Shown here: piece after piece, positions 42,976 through 53,134 of the stretch
Position numbering within the stretch: the first letter of the stretch is position 1
Layout of the letters: every line of letters starts with the position of its first letter
From: an uncultured delta proteobacterium
GTDB taxonomy: Bacteria; Myxococcota_A; UBA9160; UBA4427
Direction: 5' to 3'
NCBI GenBank assembly: GCA_963822965.1
Contig: CAWGJT010000014.1
Coordinates: 1-64,000 of the forward strand
DNA length: 64,000 bases
The notes under the pieces: model-generated
Told to the model about the DNA's origin: nothing
Seen by the model: only the letters and a program-made list of their open reading frames with translations
The model's database searches: none
Made by a program: the position numbers and the translations under genes

Positions 42976-45900
42976 GGTGGATGACACTGACCTTGCTGGT
43001 GTTGCTGGCGCCCCTGCCCGCCGCGGCGCAGAGCCCGACGGCACAGGGCACCGCGTCGAACGTGTGGGTGCTGGACGCGAACGGCCAGACCGCGGCCAGC
43101 TACAACGTGGCGCCAGGCGCCTGGACCGAGCAGGCGACCCCGAGCGGCATGCAGACGCTGGTGGACCACACGCTGGGCAGCTCGTTGGTGGGCTTCGACC
43201 CCGCCGACTTCGGCGCCGTGCTGGTGAACCAGACCGAGGCGAGCCTGCCGCCGTTCTCGCCGGGGGTGCCCCGCGTATCGCTGGTGGGCCTCGGGGGTGC
43301 CTTGGGCAACCCGGCCCAGCCGGACCTGCCGAGCGTCGACGTCTCGCCCGCCGCCGGCACGTACAGCCAGACGGTCGAGGTCTTGATGAAGGCCCTGCCC
43401 GCGGCCGGCATCCCGCACCCCGACACCCTCACCCTGCTCTGGGACGTGGACGGCGGCCCCCAGCAGTCGGCCTCGCTGCCTCCCGAGTCGCGGGTCTATC
43501 TGGTGGCGGACGGCGCCCACACGATCCACGCCCAGGCCCACGCGACCGTCGGGGTCACCGACTACTTCTCGCCGATCGTGACCTTGCCGATCATCCTGAG
43601 CGGCGCCGGCTCGATCACGCGCGACACCGACGGCGACGGCGTGCCGGACGTCTTCGAGGCGGCGCACGGCCTGAACCCGCTCACCTCGGATTTCGACCTC
43701 GACAGCGACGGCGACGGCTGGTCCGACTTCGAGGAGGCGATCCGCGGCACCGACCCCCACGATCCCCTCGACATGCCGGTGGACACGGACGGCGACGGCT
43801 GGTCGGACTTCGACGAGAACGTGCGCGGCACCGATCCGAACGACCCGGCGATCCTCGCGAATCCGAACGATCCCCAGCGATTCTTCCCCAGCCGGCCCGT
43901 CGCGCGACGCCTGCGCGAGGTGGAGTACCTCTGGACGGGCGCGTTCTACGAGGACGACGCCAAGACCCAGCAGGCCCTGCCGCTCGCCGCCCTGAGCGTT
44001 CTCGGACCCGGCTGGGTGGTGCTCTTCGACCAGGACGCGATTCCCACCGCCGCCGAGCTCGCGGACGTGGGTCTGCTGGAGGGCGACCTGCCCCCGTGGC
44101 TCCGGGAGAGCGAGATCGCCACACCGCTGTCGGCGGGAGACGTGCCGCCGATCCGCACGCCCGGCGGCGAGCCCAACCTGATCCAGGCCGGGCGTGTCGA
44201 CGGCCAGGGGAGCCTCGACGGTTGGGTCGCCAAGGCCTGGGTCGATGCGGAGCCCGACCTCGTCCCGGCGGCGGTGATCGACTGGCTGAGCGCCCAATCC
44301 ATGACCTTCACGACCGCGACCGAGTGGGAGAACGCGTACGTCGGCTACCTGATGGACAAGTCGGTGCAGGCCCGCTCCGTCGATGTCACCCCGTCGACCA
44401 CGGCCTCCCTGGCGCTGGTCGAGAGCGTGGTGGCCTGGTACGCGCAGGTTCCCCCGGAGTCGCTGCTGCTGCTCGGGGATCCGCTCTCGGGGCCGCAGCC
44501 CGGTCACGCGGTCGAGGTGCTCGGGGACGCGCTCGCGACCGAGAACGAGAACGGCGGCCGCAGCCTCGACGACCTCCACGCGGAGCTGGCCGCACAGCTG
44601 GGTCTCGCGGGAGTCTTCGAGAGCTTCGGCGCGGCGGTCTCCGGGATCTTCGCGGGCTTCGACCCGTTGCTCGTGCCTGCGGGCACGTCCACCACCGAGC
44701 TCGTCGCCTCGCTGTTGCAGGGCGACCCGGTCGACGACGATGCGCTGGCCCGCTACCACGCCCGCCTCTACTCCGAGATGTCGCAGGCCGAGCTCGACGC
44801 GCTCGACCCCGCGGCGCGGACGGAGCTGCTCGATCCGAACGGAGACTCGGACGGCGACGGGATTCCGAACGACGTCGAGCTCACCCCCCCGCCCAAGGCG
44901 GCCTCGGACCCGAACGCCACGAACAGCGACGGCGATCTCTACAGCGACGACGTCGATCCCTGTCCCGACGAGGCCGACAACAAGTGCCTGATGCTCCCGC
45001 CCCAGACGGTGGACAGCGACGGGGACGGCATCGTGGATTCGCTGGACAACTGCCTGGCCGACGCGAACCCGGCCCAGGAGGACGCGCTCGGAACCGGCGT
45101 GGGCGACGCCTGCCGCAAGCTCGCCAACATCGAGCAGCCCGTGTACCACCCGACGATCCTGATCGGCACGCCCCTCGCGTTCACCAGCACCGCCCAGGAC
45201 CCCGGCGCGGTTCCGCCCCTCGTCTTCGATTGGGACTTCGGCGACGGCCAGACGAGCACGGACCCGCAGCCCGGCGCCATCGTCTACACCGCGCCCGGCG
45301 TCTACGTCGTGACGCTCACCGTCGAGGACGCCAACCTGTCCCAGTCCGTCGACACGCGCACCGTCACCGTGGTGGGCAACGCGCCCGGAGTGGACGCCGG
45401 CGGTCCCTACCTGGGACTGGAAGGGCAGCCGCTGCAGCTCACGGCCACGGGCTCGTCCACCAACGGCGGCATCGTCGGCTTCGACTGGGACTTCGACGAC
45501 CTGACCCAGGGCTCGGGCAACCCGGTCGTGCACGTCTATGCGCAGGACGGCGTCTTCGCGGCCAGCGTGACCGCCACCGACGGGATCGGCCTCCAGGCGA
45601 CGGACCCCGCGACCGTGACGGTCCAGGACTCGGTGCCGCAGGTGTCCTTCGACGCGGAGCCGGCCAATGGCCCCGCGTCGCTCGAGATCCTGTTCACCGA
45701 CACCTCGTCGGCCTACGACGGGATCGCGCTCCGCGAGTGGGACTTCGGCGACGCATCGCCCTTGGCGAGCGGCCCGGCCCCGTCGCACACCTACGCGCAG
45801 CCGGGCCTCTACGACGTCTCGCTGACCGTCACGGACGGGGACGGCTCCATCGCCGCCAGCACCGCGCCGGTCCAGGTGGGCAGCCCGGCTTCGGTCCCGG

Positions 45901-46013
45901 CGTTGTCGCCGCTCCTCCGTCTGGGTCTGGTCCTCGTGCTGGTCGCAGCGACGCGACTCGGGCTGCGCCCGGGTCGCGGCTCGCGGGGCGGCCCGCCGAG
46001 CGCGCGCCCCTGA
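42972..46013 (+). CDS. Exported 1013-aa protein with TSP3-like DxDGDG repeats, three PKD domains and an IPTL-CTERM-like sorting signal
   Basis: ATGA overlap. Signal MRWMTLTLLVLLAPLPAAA|Q. DTDGDGVPD/DSDGDGWSD repeats, WDFGD/WDFDD x3, C-terminal VPALSPLLRLGLVLVLVAATRLGLRPGR. Confidence 0.9.
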   Translation: MRWMTLTLLVLLAPLPAAAQSPTAQGTASNVWVLDANGQTAASYNVAPGAWTEQATPSGMQTLVDHTLGSSLVGFDPADFGAVLVNQTEASLPPFSPGVPRVSLVGLGGALGNPAQPDLPSVDVSPAAGTYSQTVEVLMKALPAAGIPHPDTLTLLWDVDGGPQQSASLPPESRVYLVADGAHTIHAQAHATVGVTDYFSPIVTLPIILSGAGSITRDTDGDGVPDVFEAAHGLNPLTSDFDLDSDGDGWSDFEEAIRGTDPHDPLDMPVDTDGDGWSDFDENVRGTDPNDPAILANPNDPQRFFPSRPVARRLREVEYLWTGAFYEDDAKTQQALPLAALSVLGPGWVVLFDQDAIPTAAELADVGLLEGDLPPWLRESEIATPLSAGDVPPIRTPGGEPNLIQAGRVDGQGSLDGWVAKAWVDAEPDLVPAAVIDWLSAQSMTFTTATEWENAYVGYLMDKSVQARSVDVTPSTTASLALVESVVAWYAQVPPESLLLLGDPLSGPQPGHAVEVLGDALATENENGGRSLDDLHAELAAQLGLAGVFESFGAAVSGIFAGFDPLLVPAGTSTTELVASLLQGDPVDDDALARYHARLYSEMSQAELDALDPAARTELLDPNGDSDGDGIPNDVELTPPPKAASDPNATNSDGDLYSDDVDPCPDEADNKCLMLPPQTVDSDGDGIVDSLDNCLADANPAQEDALGTGVGDACRKLANIEQPVYHPTILIGTPLAFTSTAQDPGAVPPLVFDWDFGDGQTSTDPQPGAIVYTAPGVYVVTLTVEDANLSQSVDTRTVTVVGNAPGVDAGGPYLGLEGQPLQLTATGSSTNGGIVGFDWDFDDLTQGSGNPVVHVYAQDGVFAASVTATDGIGLQATDPATVTVQDSVPQVSFDAEPANGPASLEILFTDTSSAYDGIALREWDFGDASPLASGPAPSHTYAQPGLYDVSLTVTDGDGSIAASTAPVQVGSPASVPALSPLLRLGLVLVLVAATRLGLRPGRGSRGGPPSARP

Positions 46014-46175
46014 CGGCGGCGCCCGGAGCTGGCGGCCGCCAGCGGCGTGCCGGCCTCCGAGATGGCGACGCGGGCCGGTGCGGTTCGCGAGCCGACCGGG
46101 GAAGGTGGCCTGCGAAGCTGCCTGTCCGGCTCCGATCCCCGCCGGTGGCTCCACGGGACCGCTAGAATCCCGGGC

Positions 46176-47600
46176 ATGGCTCTCCACGCGAAGCTCACTC
46201 GGGAGATCCGCAACGGGCGGGCCGGCCCGAAGATCGCCGCCTTCTTCGACCTCGACCAGACGCTGCTGGCGGGCTTCTCGGCCGTGGCCTTCTTCCGGGA
46301 GCGCCTGCTCTCCGGCCGCATGTCGCCGCGCGAGCTGGGCGAGTCGGTGCTGGGGGCGCTCAGCTTCGAGCTGGGGCGCACGGGGTTCTCCGGCTTCGTG
46401 GCCGCGGCCACCGAGGCCTACCGCGGCGTCGCCGAGTCGGTCCTCGAGGAGATCGGCAGGGAGGTGTTCGAGCGCGACCTCGTCAAGGAGATCTACCCCG
46501 AGGCGCGCGCGCTGGTCAAGGCCCACCGCGACATGGGGCACACCGTCGCGGTGGTGACGTCCGCCACGCGCTACCAGGCCGAGCCCATCGCCCACGAGCT
46601 CCACATCGAGCACGTGCTGTGCACGCGCCTCGAGGTGCAGAACGGCGTCTTCACCGGCCGCATCATCCACCCCACCTGCTACGGCGAGGGCAAGGCCGAC
46701 CTCGCGCTGCGCCTGGCGGCCGAGCACGACCTCGACCTCGCGGCCAGCTACTTCTACACCGACAGCGACGAGGATCTGCCGCTGCTCGAGCTCGTGGGCC
46801 GTCCGCGCCCCCTCAACCCGAACCGCCGTCTCTCCCAGATCGCGAGGCAGCGGAAGTGGCCCGTCCGGCGCTTCCACAGCCGGGGCGCACCCGGACGCGG
46901 GAGACGTGGTGCGCAGCGCTGCTCGCCTACGGGAGCGTCGTGCCCTCGCTCTGGGCCGGGCTCGCCGCGGGGGTCGTCAACGCGTCGCGGCGCGAGGGCG
47001 TGAACGTGCTGGCGTCGATCTGGGGTGACCTCGCCATCTCGCTGGCGGGCGTCCAGCTGCACGTGATCGGCGAGGAGAACCTGTGGTCCAGCCGTCCCGC
47101 GGTCTTCCTCTTCAACCACCAGAGCGGCCTCGACGCGCTGCTGATGATCAAGCTGCTGCGCCGCGACATGACGGGGGTCGCCAAGCAGGAGCTCCGTTGG
47201 AACCCGCTCTTCGGTCCGGTCTTCCAGCTCGGCGGCATGGTCTTCATCGATCGGTCGGACACGAAGCGCGCCATCGAGGCGCTCGAGCCCGCCGTCGAGG
47301 CCTTGAAGCAGGGCCTCTCCCTGGCGATCGCGCCGGAGGGCACGCGTTCGGAGAGCGGCCACCTGGGCGGCTTCAAGAAGGGGGCCTTCCACATCGCCAT
47401 GCAGGCGGGCGTGCCCATCGTCCCGATCGTCTTCCGCAACACCATCGACGCCCTGCCCAAGGGCGCCGTGATCGTGCGCCCGGCCACGGTCGAGGCCGTG
47501 GTCCTCCCGCCGATCGATACCAGCGGCTGGACCCGCGAGGGGCTCGACGCCGAGATCGCCGCGGTGCGGGATCGGTACCTGCGAAGTCCTCGACGAGTAG
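46176..47600 (+). CDS. HAD-IB phosphatase / 1-acyl-sn-glycerol-3-phosphate acyltransferase fusion (frameshifted ~46890)
   Basis: FFDLDQTL, YTDSDED, NHQSGLD, APEGTRS, FKKGAF. Confidence 0.88.
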
Positions 47601-47631
47601 CCGGCGGGCCGGTGACGGACCCCGCGATCGG

Positions 47632-48243
47632 CTACTTCGTGGAACCCGCCGCCTGGGCGCGCGCCAGCGAGGGCCGCGACGTGCAGCGGCCGAGCCAGGT
47701 CGCCACCTTCGGCCAGCCCGAGACGTCGAAGCCCACCATGCGGGCCATCGACAGGACGGAGGCCACGTTCAGGTCGGCGATCGAGAACGGTCCGTCCAGG
47801 AGGTACTCCCGGTCGGCCAGGTGCGACTCGAGCACGTCGAGGGGGCGGGCGATGTCCCGCGCGGCGGCGTCGGCGACGGCGGCCTTGCGCTTCTCTTCGG
47901 GCAGCATGATGCGGTGCAGCAGGATCGCCATCAGGTGGGGCTCGAGCTCGGTCATGCCCCAGAAGCTCCACTGGATCGCCCGGGCCTGGTCGGCCTCGCC
48001 CTTGGGCCACAGGTCGCCGCCGTACTTCTTCGCGAGGTAGAGGTTGATGGCCATCGACTCGAAGAGCACGAGATCGCCGTCCACCAGGGTGGGGATGCGG
48101 CCGTTCGGGTTCAGGACCAGGTAGTCGGGCTTCTTGGAGTCGCCCAGGAAGTGCGTGGGAACGAGCTCGTAGTCGACGCCGACCTCTTCGATCGCCCAGA
48201 TGGAGCGCAGCGCGCGGGACCCGGGAATTCCATAGAGCTTCAT
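47632..48243 (-). CDS. Glutathione S-transferase
   Basis: SRALR, NPNGRIPTLVD, LFESMAINLYLA, FSIADL. Confidence 0.92.
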   Translation of the reverse strand: MKLYGIPGSRALRSIWAIEEVGVDYELVPTHFLGDSKKPDYLVLNPNGRIPTLVDGDLVLFESMAINLYLAKKYGGDLWPKGEADQARAIQWSFWGMTELEPHLMAILLHRIMLPEEKRKAAVADAAARDIARPLDVLESHLADREYLLDGPFSIADLNVASVLSMARMVGFDVSGWPKVATWLGRCTSRPSLARAQAAGSTK

Positions 48244-48381
48244 GGCGAATCGTCCTCGAGGTTGGAGCTTCCACTATACCGGGCAGGATCGGATCCGAGC
48301 CACCGCCGCTTGCGCGGGCCGCGATCGTCGCCTAGACAGCCTTCGCTCCCCCGCTTCCGCGAGCCCGATTCGAGCGTGCCG

Positions 48382-48790
48382 ATGGCCTCCGATCCAGAGA
48401 GCTCCCAAAGCCCCGGCCTCCGAAGCGGCGCCCAGCGGGTGCGCTCGTGCTCGGCTGCGGTCCTGCTCCTCGCTGCACTCCTGCCGCTCGTCTCCTGCAG
48501 CGAATCGGACGAGCCTCGGCCCGACATCCTGTTCGTGATCCTCGATACCGTGCGAGCCGATCGCGTGTCGAGCTACGGCTACTCGCGGCCGACGACGCCG
48601 CAGCTCGATGCCGTCGCGGACGCCGGCGTGCTCTTCGAAGACGTCACGGCATCCGCTCCGTGGACCTGGCCCAGCCACGCTTCGATCTTCACCGGGGCTC
48701 CGCCCTGGCTACACGGAGCGCATCTCGCGGCCGTGAGCTCGGCGGGGGAAGCCGTGGCGCCCCCGGGAGGCGGGACGCTGGGGCGTCAGG
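48382..48790 (+). pseudogene. Truncated sulfatase-family lipoprotein (N-terminal ~135 aa only)
   Basis: LLPLVSC lipobox, PDILFVILDTVRADR, TTPQLD, APWTWPSHASIFTG. Similarity ends where the convergent fucosidase ends. Confidence 0.7.
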
Positions 48791-50274
48791 CGGCGTGCTC
48801 TCCGGGCGGTAGCGGTGAGATGCGCAGGGCATGGGCCGGCGCATGGGGGAGCGCCGGCAGCTCGATGCGCAGGGCGTCGCCCTGCACCCGGGCCTCGAGC
48901 GGCCGATCCCCCGCCACGAGCGTCACCCGGGTGTCGGGCCCGGGGGCGAGACGCGGCAGCACGATTCCGCCCGCGGCGGGCGTCGCGAACAGGATGGCGT
49001 AGAGGCAGTCGCGGCCCCGGTCGTCACGCCCGCGCGTGTAGCGAACGGCCGTGCCGTCCGAGGCCTCGTCCGCCGGGCGGGTCCACGGCCGGGTGGCCCG
49101 GATCGCCTCGGCGTTCGCTTCGAGCCAGGCGCCCAGGGCCTCGAGCCGTCGCACCTGGGGCTCCGGGATGCCGGCGTCCTCGCCCCGGGGCCCGACGTTG
49201 AGCAGCAGGTTGCCGTTCTTCGAGACCGTGTCCACGAAGCTTCGCACCAGCTCGTCCGGCTTCTCGTAGTCCTCCTCCCGGTCGTTGCGGTTGTAGCCGA
49301 ACGAGGCGCTCATGCCCCGGGTCGCCTCCCACTTCTCGGGCGTGATGCGGTCGAAGCTCGTGTACTCGGGGGTACGGAAGTCGTAGTGGGCCGGTTTCGG
49401 CGGCACGAGTCCCTTGCTCGCCTCGCCCCGGGCGGCGGCCTTGCGGGTGGCGCGCTTCAGCAGGGCATCGACGACGCGCTGCACGGGACGCAGGCCGATC
49501 AGCCGCATGGCGAGGTTGCGGTGCATCCAGCGGTCGTTGACGACGCCCTCGGGTACGGCCCGGTAGTAGTCCGTGAAGAGCCGTACCAGGGTGTCCAGGT
49601 CCGTCGGCCAGGAGATGTCGTTCCACAGCACGCTGGGCTGGTAGCGCTCGACCAGCTCACGCACCTGGGCCTCGGCGTAGGCGGGGTAGGCGCCCGTGGG
49701 CGTGGAGCCGACGAACTCGCCCAGGGTGCGCACGGGGCGCGGGTTCCACGACCAGTCGATGCCTCCCGAGTAGTAGACGCCGAAGCGCAGGCCCTCGGCG
49801 CGCACCGCCGCGGCCAGCTCGCCCACCACGTCGCGCTCGCTCGCCCAGCCCGCGCGCTTCGGATTCGGGACACGGCTCGGCCACAGGCAGTAGCCGTCGT
49901 GGTGCTTGGTGACGAGCACCACGTAGCCGGCCCCCGCCCTTCGAAAGAGCCGCGCCCACTCGTCCGGTCGCCACTGCGCGAGCCCGCGCGCGAAGGGCTC
50001 GCGGAAGTCCGCGTAGGGCGCGCCCTCCGTAGTGCTCGGCGTGGAACGCCGCCGACGGGCTCTCGGGCACGCGGATCGCGTTGTCGTACCACTCGGTGTA
50101 CGGCGTCATCACGGCGCCGAGGTCGTAGTGCTGGGAGAACGCGTCGGAGACGTGCCCGAGGCGCGCCGCGAAGCCGGGCACCGAGAAGAGTCCCCAGTGG
50201 ATGAAGATCCCGAGCTTCGCGTCCTCGAACCAGGCCGGAACGCGATGGGCGCGCAGAGCGGCGAGATCGCTCAT
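48786..50274 (-). CDS. Alpha-L-fucosidase, GH29 (frameshifted ~49940 and ~50020)
   Basis: PAWFEDAKLGIFIHWG, VTKHHDGYCLW, LWND, VVNDRW, NGNLLLNVGP. Confidence 0.92.
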
Positions 50275-50275
50275 C

Positions 50276-51574
50276 TCAGCCGACCGTCACGTCGTCTTCT
50301 CCGCGCAGCAGGGCCTCGCGGACGGCGGGATGAGCGATGTCCGCCAGGGCGTGGGCGCGCTCCTCGACGGTGCGGCCGCGCAGGTCGGCGGCACCGTACT
50401 CGGTGACGACGAGATCGAGCTGGTGCCGGGGCGTGGTCACGATGGATCCGCGCGGCAGCCGCGCCTGGATGCGGGAGAGGATCCGGCCGCCCACCTTCAC
50501 GGTGGCGGGCAGGCACACGAGCGAGCGGTCGTCCGGCTGCAGGGACGCGCCGCCCACGAAGTCCTCGTGACCGCCGATGCCCGAGTGCTGGCGTCCGTCG
50601 ATGGTGTCGGCCACGACCTGGCCGTGGAGATCGACCTGCAGGGCCCCGTTGATGGCGATCATGTGGTTGTTGCGCGCGATCACCGTCGGGTCGTTGACGA
50701 CTCCCACGGGCAGGAAGCGCACGTCCTGGTGTGCGTCGAGCCACTCGTGCAGCTCGCGCGTCCCGAGCGCGAAGGTGCAGACCGAGAAGCCCTCGTAGAT
50801 GCCCTTGCGCCGGTTCGTCACCTTGCCGGCCTGGTGGAGGCGCATGAGCCCGGTCGTGAACATCTCGCTGTGAACGCCGTAGTCGCCCCCGGGACCCTCG
50901 GCGAGCAGGCTCGCCACCGCGTTCGGGATGCCGCCGATGCCCGTCTGCAGGGTGGCGCCGTCCGGGATGAAGCGCATGACGTGCTGGGCGATGGCGCGGT
51001 CGACGTCGCTGGGCGGCTCGTCTTCCAGGGTGGGAACCGGGTGGTCGGACTCCACCAGCACGTCGATCTCGTCGGGCCCCAGGTCGTGGGTGTGTTCGGG
51101 CGGCAGCCCGCGGGTGCGCGGGAGGCCGGGGTTCACCTCGGCGATGAGCACGCGGTCGGGATCGCGACCGCAGCGGCGCAGCGCCTCCACGGTCGAGCCG
51201 GCGTGCAGGGACAGGCTGAAGCGGCCGTCCGGGCCGGCGGGTGCGACCGCCGTCGCCATCACCCGGGGTGCGAGCTTTTCGATCACGCTCTCGAAGCGCC
51301 GGAAGTCGCCGGGCACGAAGCGCACGTCGTGCCCGGCCGCGACGAGCGCCCGCTCCGCCGGCCCCAGGAAGCCCGAGAGCAGGCGCACGCCCTTCTTCGC
51401 GAACAGCGGGTAGAGATCGAGCAGCAGCGCCCCGAAGACGTGAAGGTCCTCGTAGTCGTCGCGATCCGAGAGCGCGTGCAGCAGACCGGGCGGCTGGCCG
51501 GGCGCGAGCGGCACCGCCAGGGTGTCCACCGGCCGGATGCGGGCTGCCGCCTCGGCGAGGGAGAGTCGCAGCAT
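50276..51574 (-). CDS. Acetyl-CoA hydrolase/CoA-transferase family (4-hydroxybutyrate CoA-transferase-like)
   Basis: DGATLQTGIGGIP, GVHSEM, INGALQVDLHGQ, SGIGGHEDF, VTEYG. Confidence 0.9.
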   Translation of the reverse strand: MLRLSLAEAAARIRPVDTLAVPLAPGQPPGLLHALSDRDDYEDLHVFGALLLDLYPLFAKKGVRLLSGFLGPAERALVAAGHDVRFVPGDFRRFESVIEKLAPRVMATAVAPAGPDGRFSLSLHAGSTVEALRRCGRDPDRVLIAEVNPGLPRTRGLPPEHTHDLGPDEIDVLVESDHPVPTLEDEPPSDVDRAIAQHVMRFIPDGATLQTGIGGIPNAVASLLAEGPGGDYGVHSEMFTTGLMRLHQAGKVTNRRKGIYEGFSVCTFALGTRELHEWLDAHQDVRFLPVGVVNDPTVIARNNHMIAINGALQVDLHGQVVADTIDGRQHSGIGGHEDFVGGASLQPDDRSLVCLPATVKVGGRILSRIQARLPRGSIVTTPRHQLDLVVTEYGAADLRGRTVEERAHALADIAHPAVREALLRGEDDVTVG

Positions 51575-51594
51575 TCAGCCTCGGGCTCCGCTCG

Positions 51595-53132
51595 TCACTC
51601 GGGGCACGGCCGGCCGGCCCGGGCGAGCACTTCGCACACGGCGGGAACCACCGGCAGCCGTCGCGGGCTCTTCCCGGGCCGCGCGTTCGCCTGCTGGAAG
51701 AGCGCGGTGCGCGCCGCCCCGGGCGGGACCCCCGCGCCCATCACCAGGGCCAGGGTGCCCGTCACGTGAGCCGCCGCAAAGCTCGTCCCGCTGCCGAACG
51801 CGAAGGCGGAGCCCGGCACGCTCGAGAGCACCTCCACGCCCGGTGCGAGAAGCTCGGCGGACGCGCCGCGGTTGCTGCGCGCGTACATGACGACCCTCCC
51901 GATCCATCGCCCCCACGCCGATCACGGAGGGATAGGCGGCAGGGTAGCGAGGCTCGTCGGGTTGCCTCGTTGCCTGCGGCCGCCACGACGAGCGACGCCG
52001 AGCACGTCCAGGCGTTCCATGCCGCGCGCGAGCAGCGGGTTCTCCGGCCCCACGATCGACAGGTTCACGAGCGAGGCCTTCGCCTCCCAGGCGCGGTCGA
52101 GGCCGCGCAGCACCGTGAAGAGGGGGCATGCGTCGCTGGCCGACGCGCCTTCGGGCGTGCACACGGGGACGGCCACGATCTGAGCGGCCGGCGCGAGGCC
52201 GGCGATGCCGAAGCCGTTGTCCGTGACGGCGTCGACGATGCCCGTGACCAGCGTGCCGTGGGCGCCCGGCGCATCCCCCGGCCCGTCCTCGACGCGCGCG
52301 ACTCGATCGGGCCGAGATCCCGGTGGTCCGTCTGCGGGGCCGAGTCGAGGATCGCGACGCGCACGCCGGCGCCCCGGGAGACGCTCTGCGCCTGCTCGAC
52401 CCGCGCCACGTCGAGCCCCACTGCAGGTCGCGATAGGGATCGGGCCGCGGCGCCGCGGCTTCGGCGACGCCCGGCGCGCCTGCGTGCCGGCGGATCGGCA
52501 GGAACGGATCTCCGCGTCGGCGGTGCGGTAGATGTGGTTCGGCACCAGGGCCGCCGTGTCGGGCAGCTTGGGGACGAGGTCTTCCGGCCGGTCCTCCTCG
52601 CGGCCGGTGATGCGCGCCAGGGTGGCGCACAGCACCGGGCTGAAGAACGACTCTGCGACGCGCGCATGTGGCGACAGCTCGAAGTCCTCGGGCAGCTTGC
52701 CGTCGGGACCCTTGGGCAGGGCGAGGATCGCCTCGCCCGCGACCTGGCTCGGAGGCACGTCGCTGCCGCGCCCGGGCAGGCTGACGATCTGTCCGCCGTC
52801 CGGGACGTACCGGCGCGTTCGCGGTGCTCGGCGAGGCGGGCGCGATGCCGGGCTCCTGGGACGGACCGAGCTGCGCGAAGCGGCGTCGTGCGTCGAAGGG
52901 ACCGCAGCCCGGCTCGGCGGCGTCCTGGGGAGGAACCGCCCGGGCGGGCCCGGGCACCCACAGCGCAGAGCCGACCCGGCGAGCACGAGCGTCGCGACGG
53001 CGACTCAACGAAGGGCGGAGCTCGCCACCAGCACGGAGGAGACGAACCGGGTCGAGAGCAGGCGATTCGAGCGAGCCAGCGCAGAGAGAAGAGGGAGGAG
53101 GGCAAGCGCCGCGCTACGCGCGCGATCCGCAC
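51595..53132 (-). CDS. S8 subtilase, possibly a lipoprotein (multiple frameshifts; start approximate)
   Basis: Triad VAILDS, HGTLVTG, GSGTSFAAAHVTG. AAAGN. Prodomain ending VPNHIY. Hydrophobic 'VAVATLVLAGSAL.C' N-terminus. Confidence 0.82.
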
Positions 53133-53134
53133 CC

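Noticed and set aside
33885..46013. Giant operon as RTX/T1SS cargo, RHS/Tc toxin, phage tail or NRPS/PKS
   Set aside because: No GGxGxD nonapeptides, YD repeats, phage structural genes or biosynthetic motifs. All three proteins have N-terminal Sec signals.
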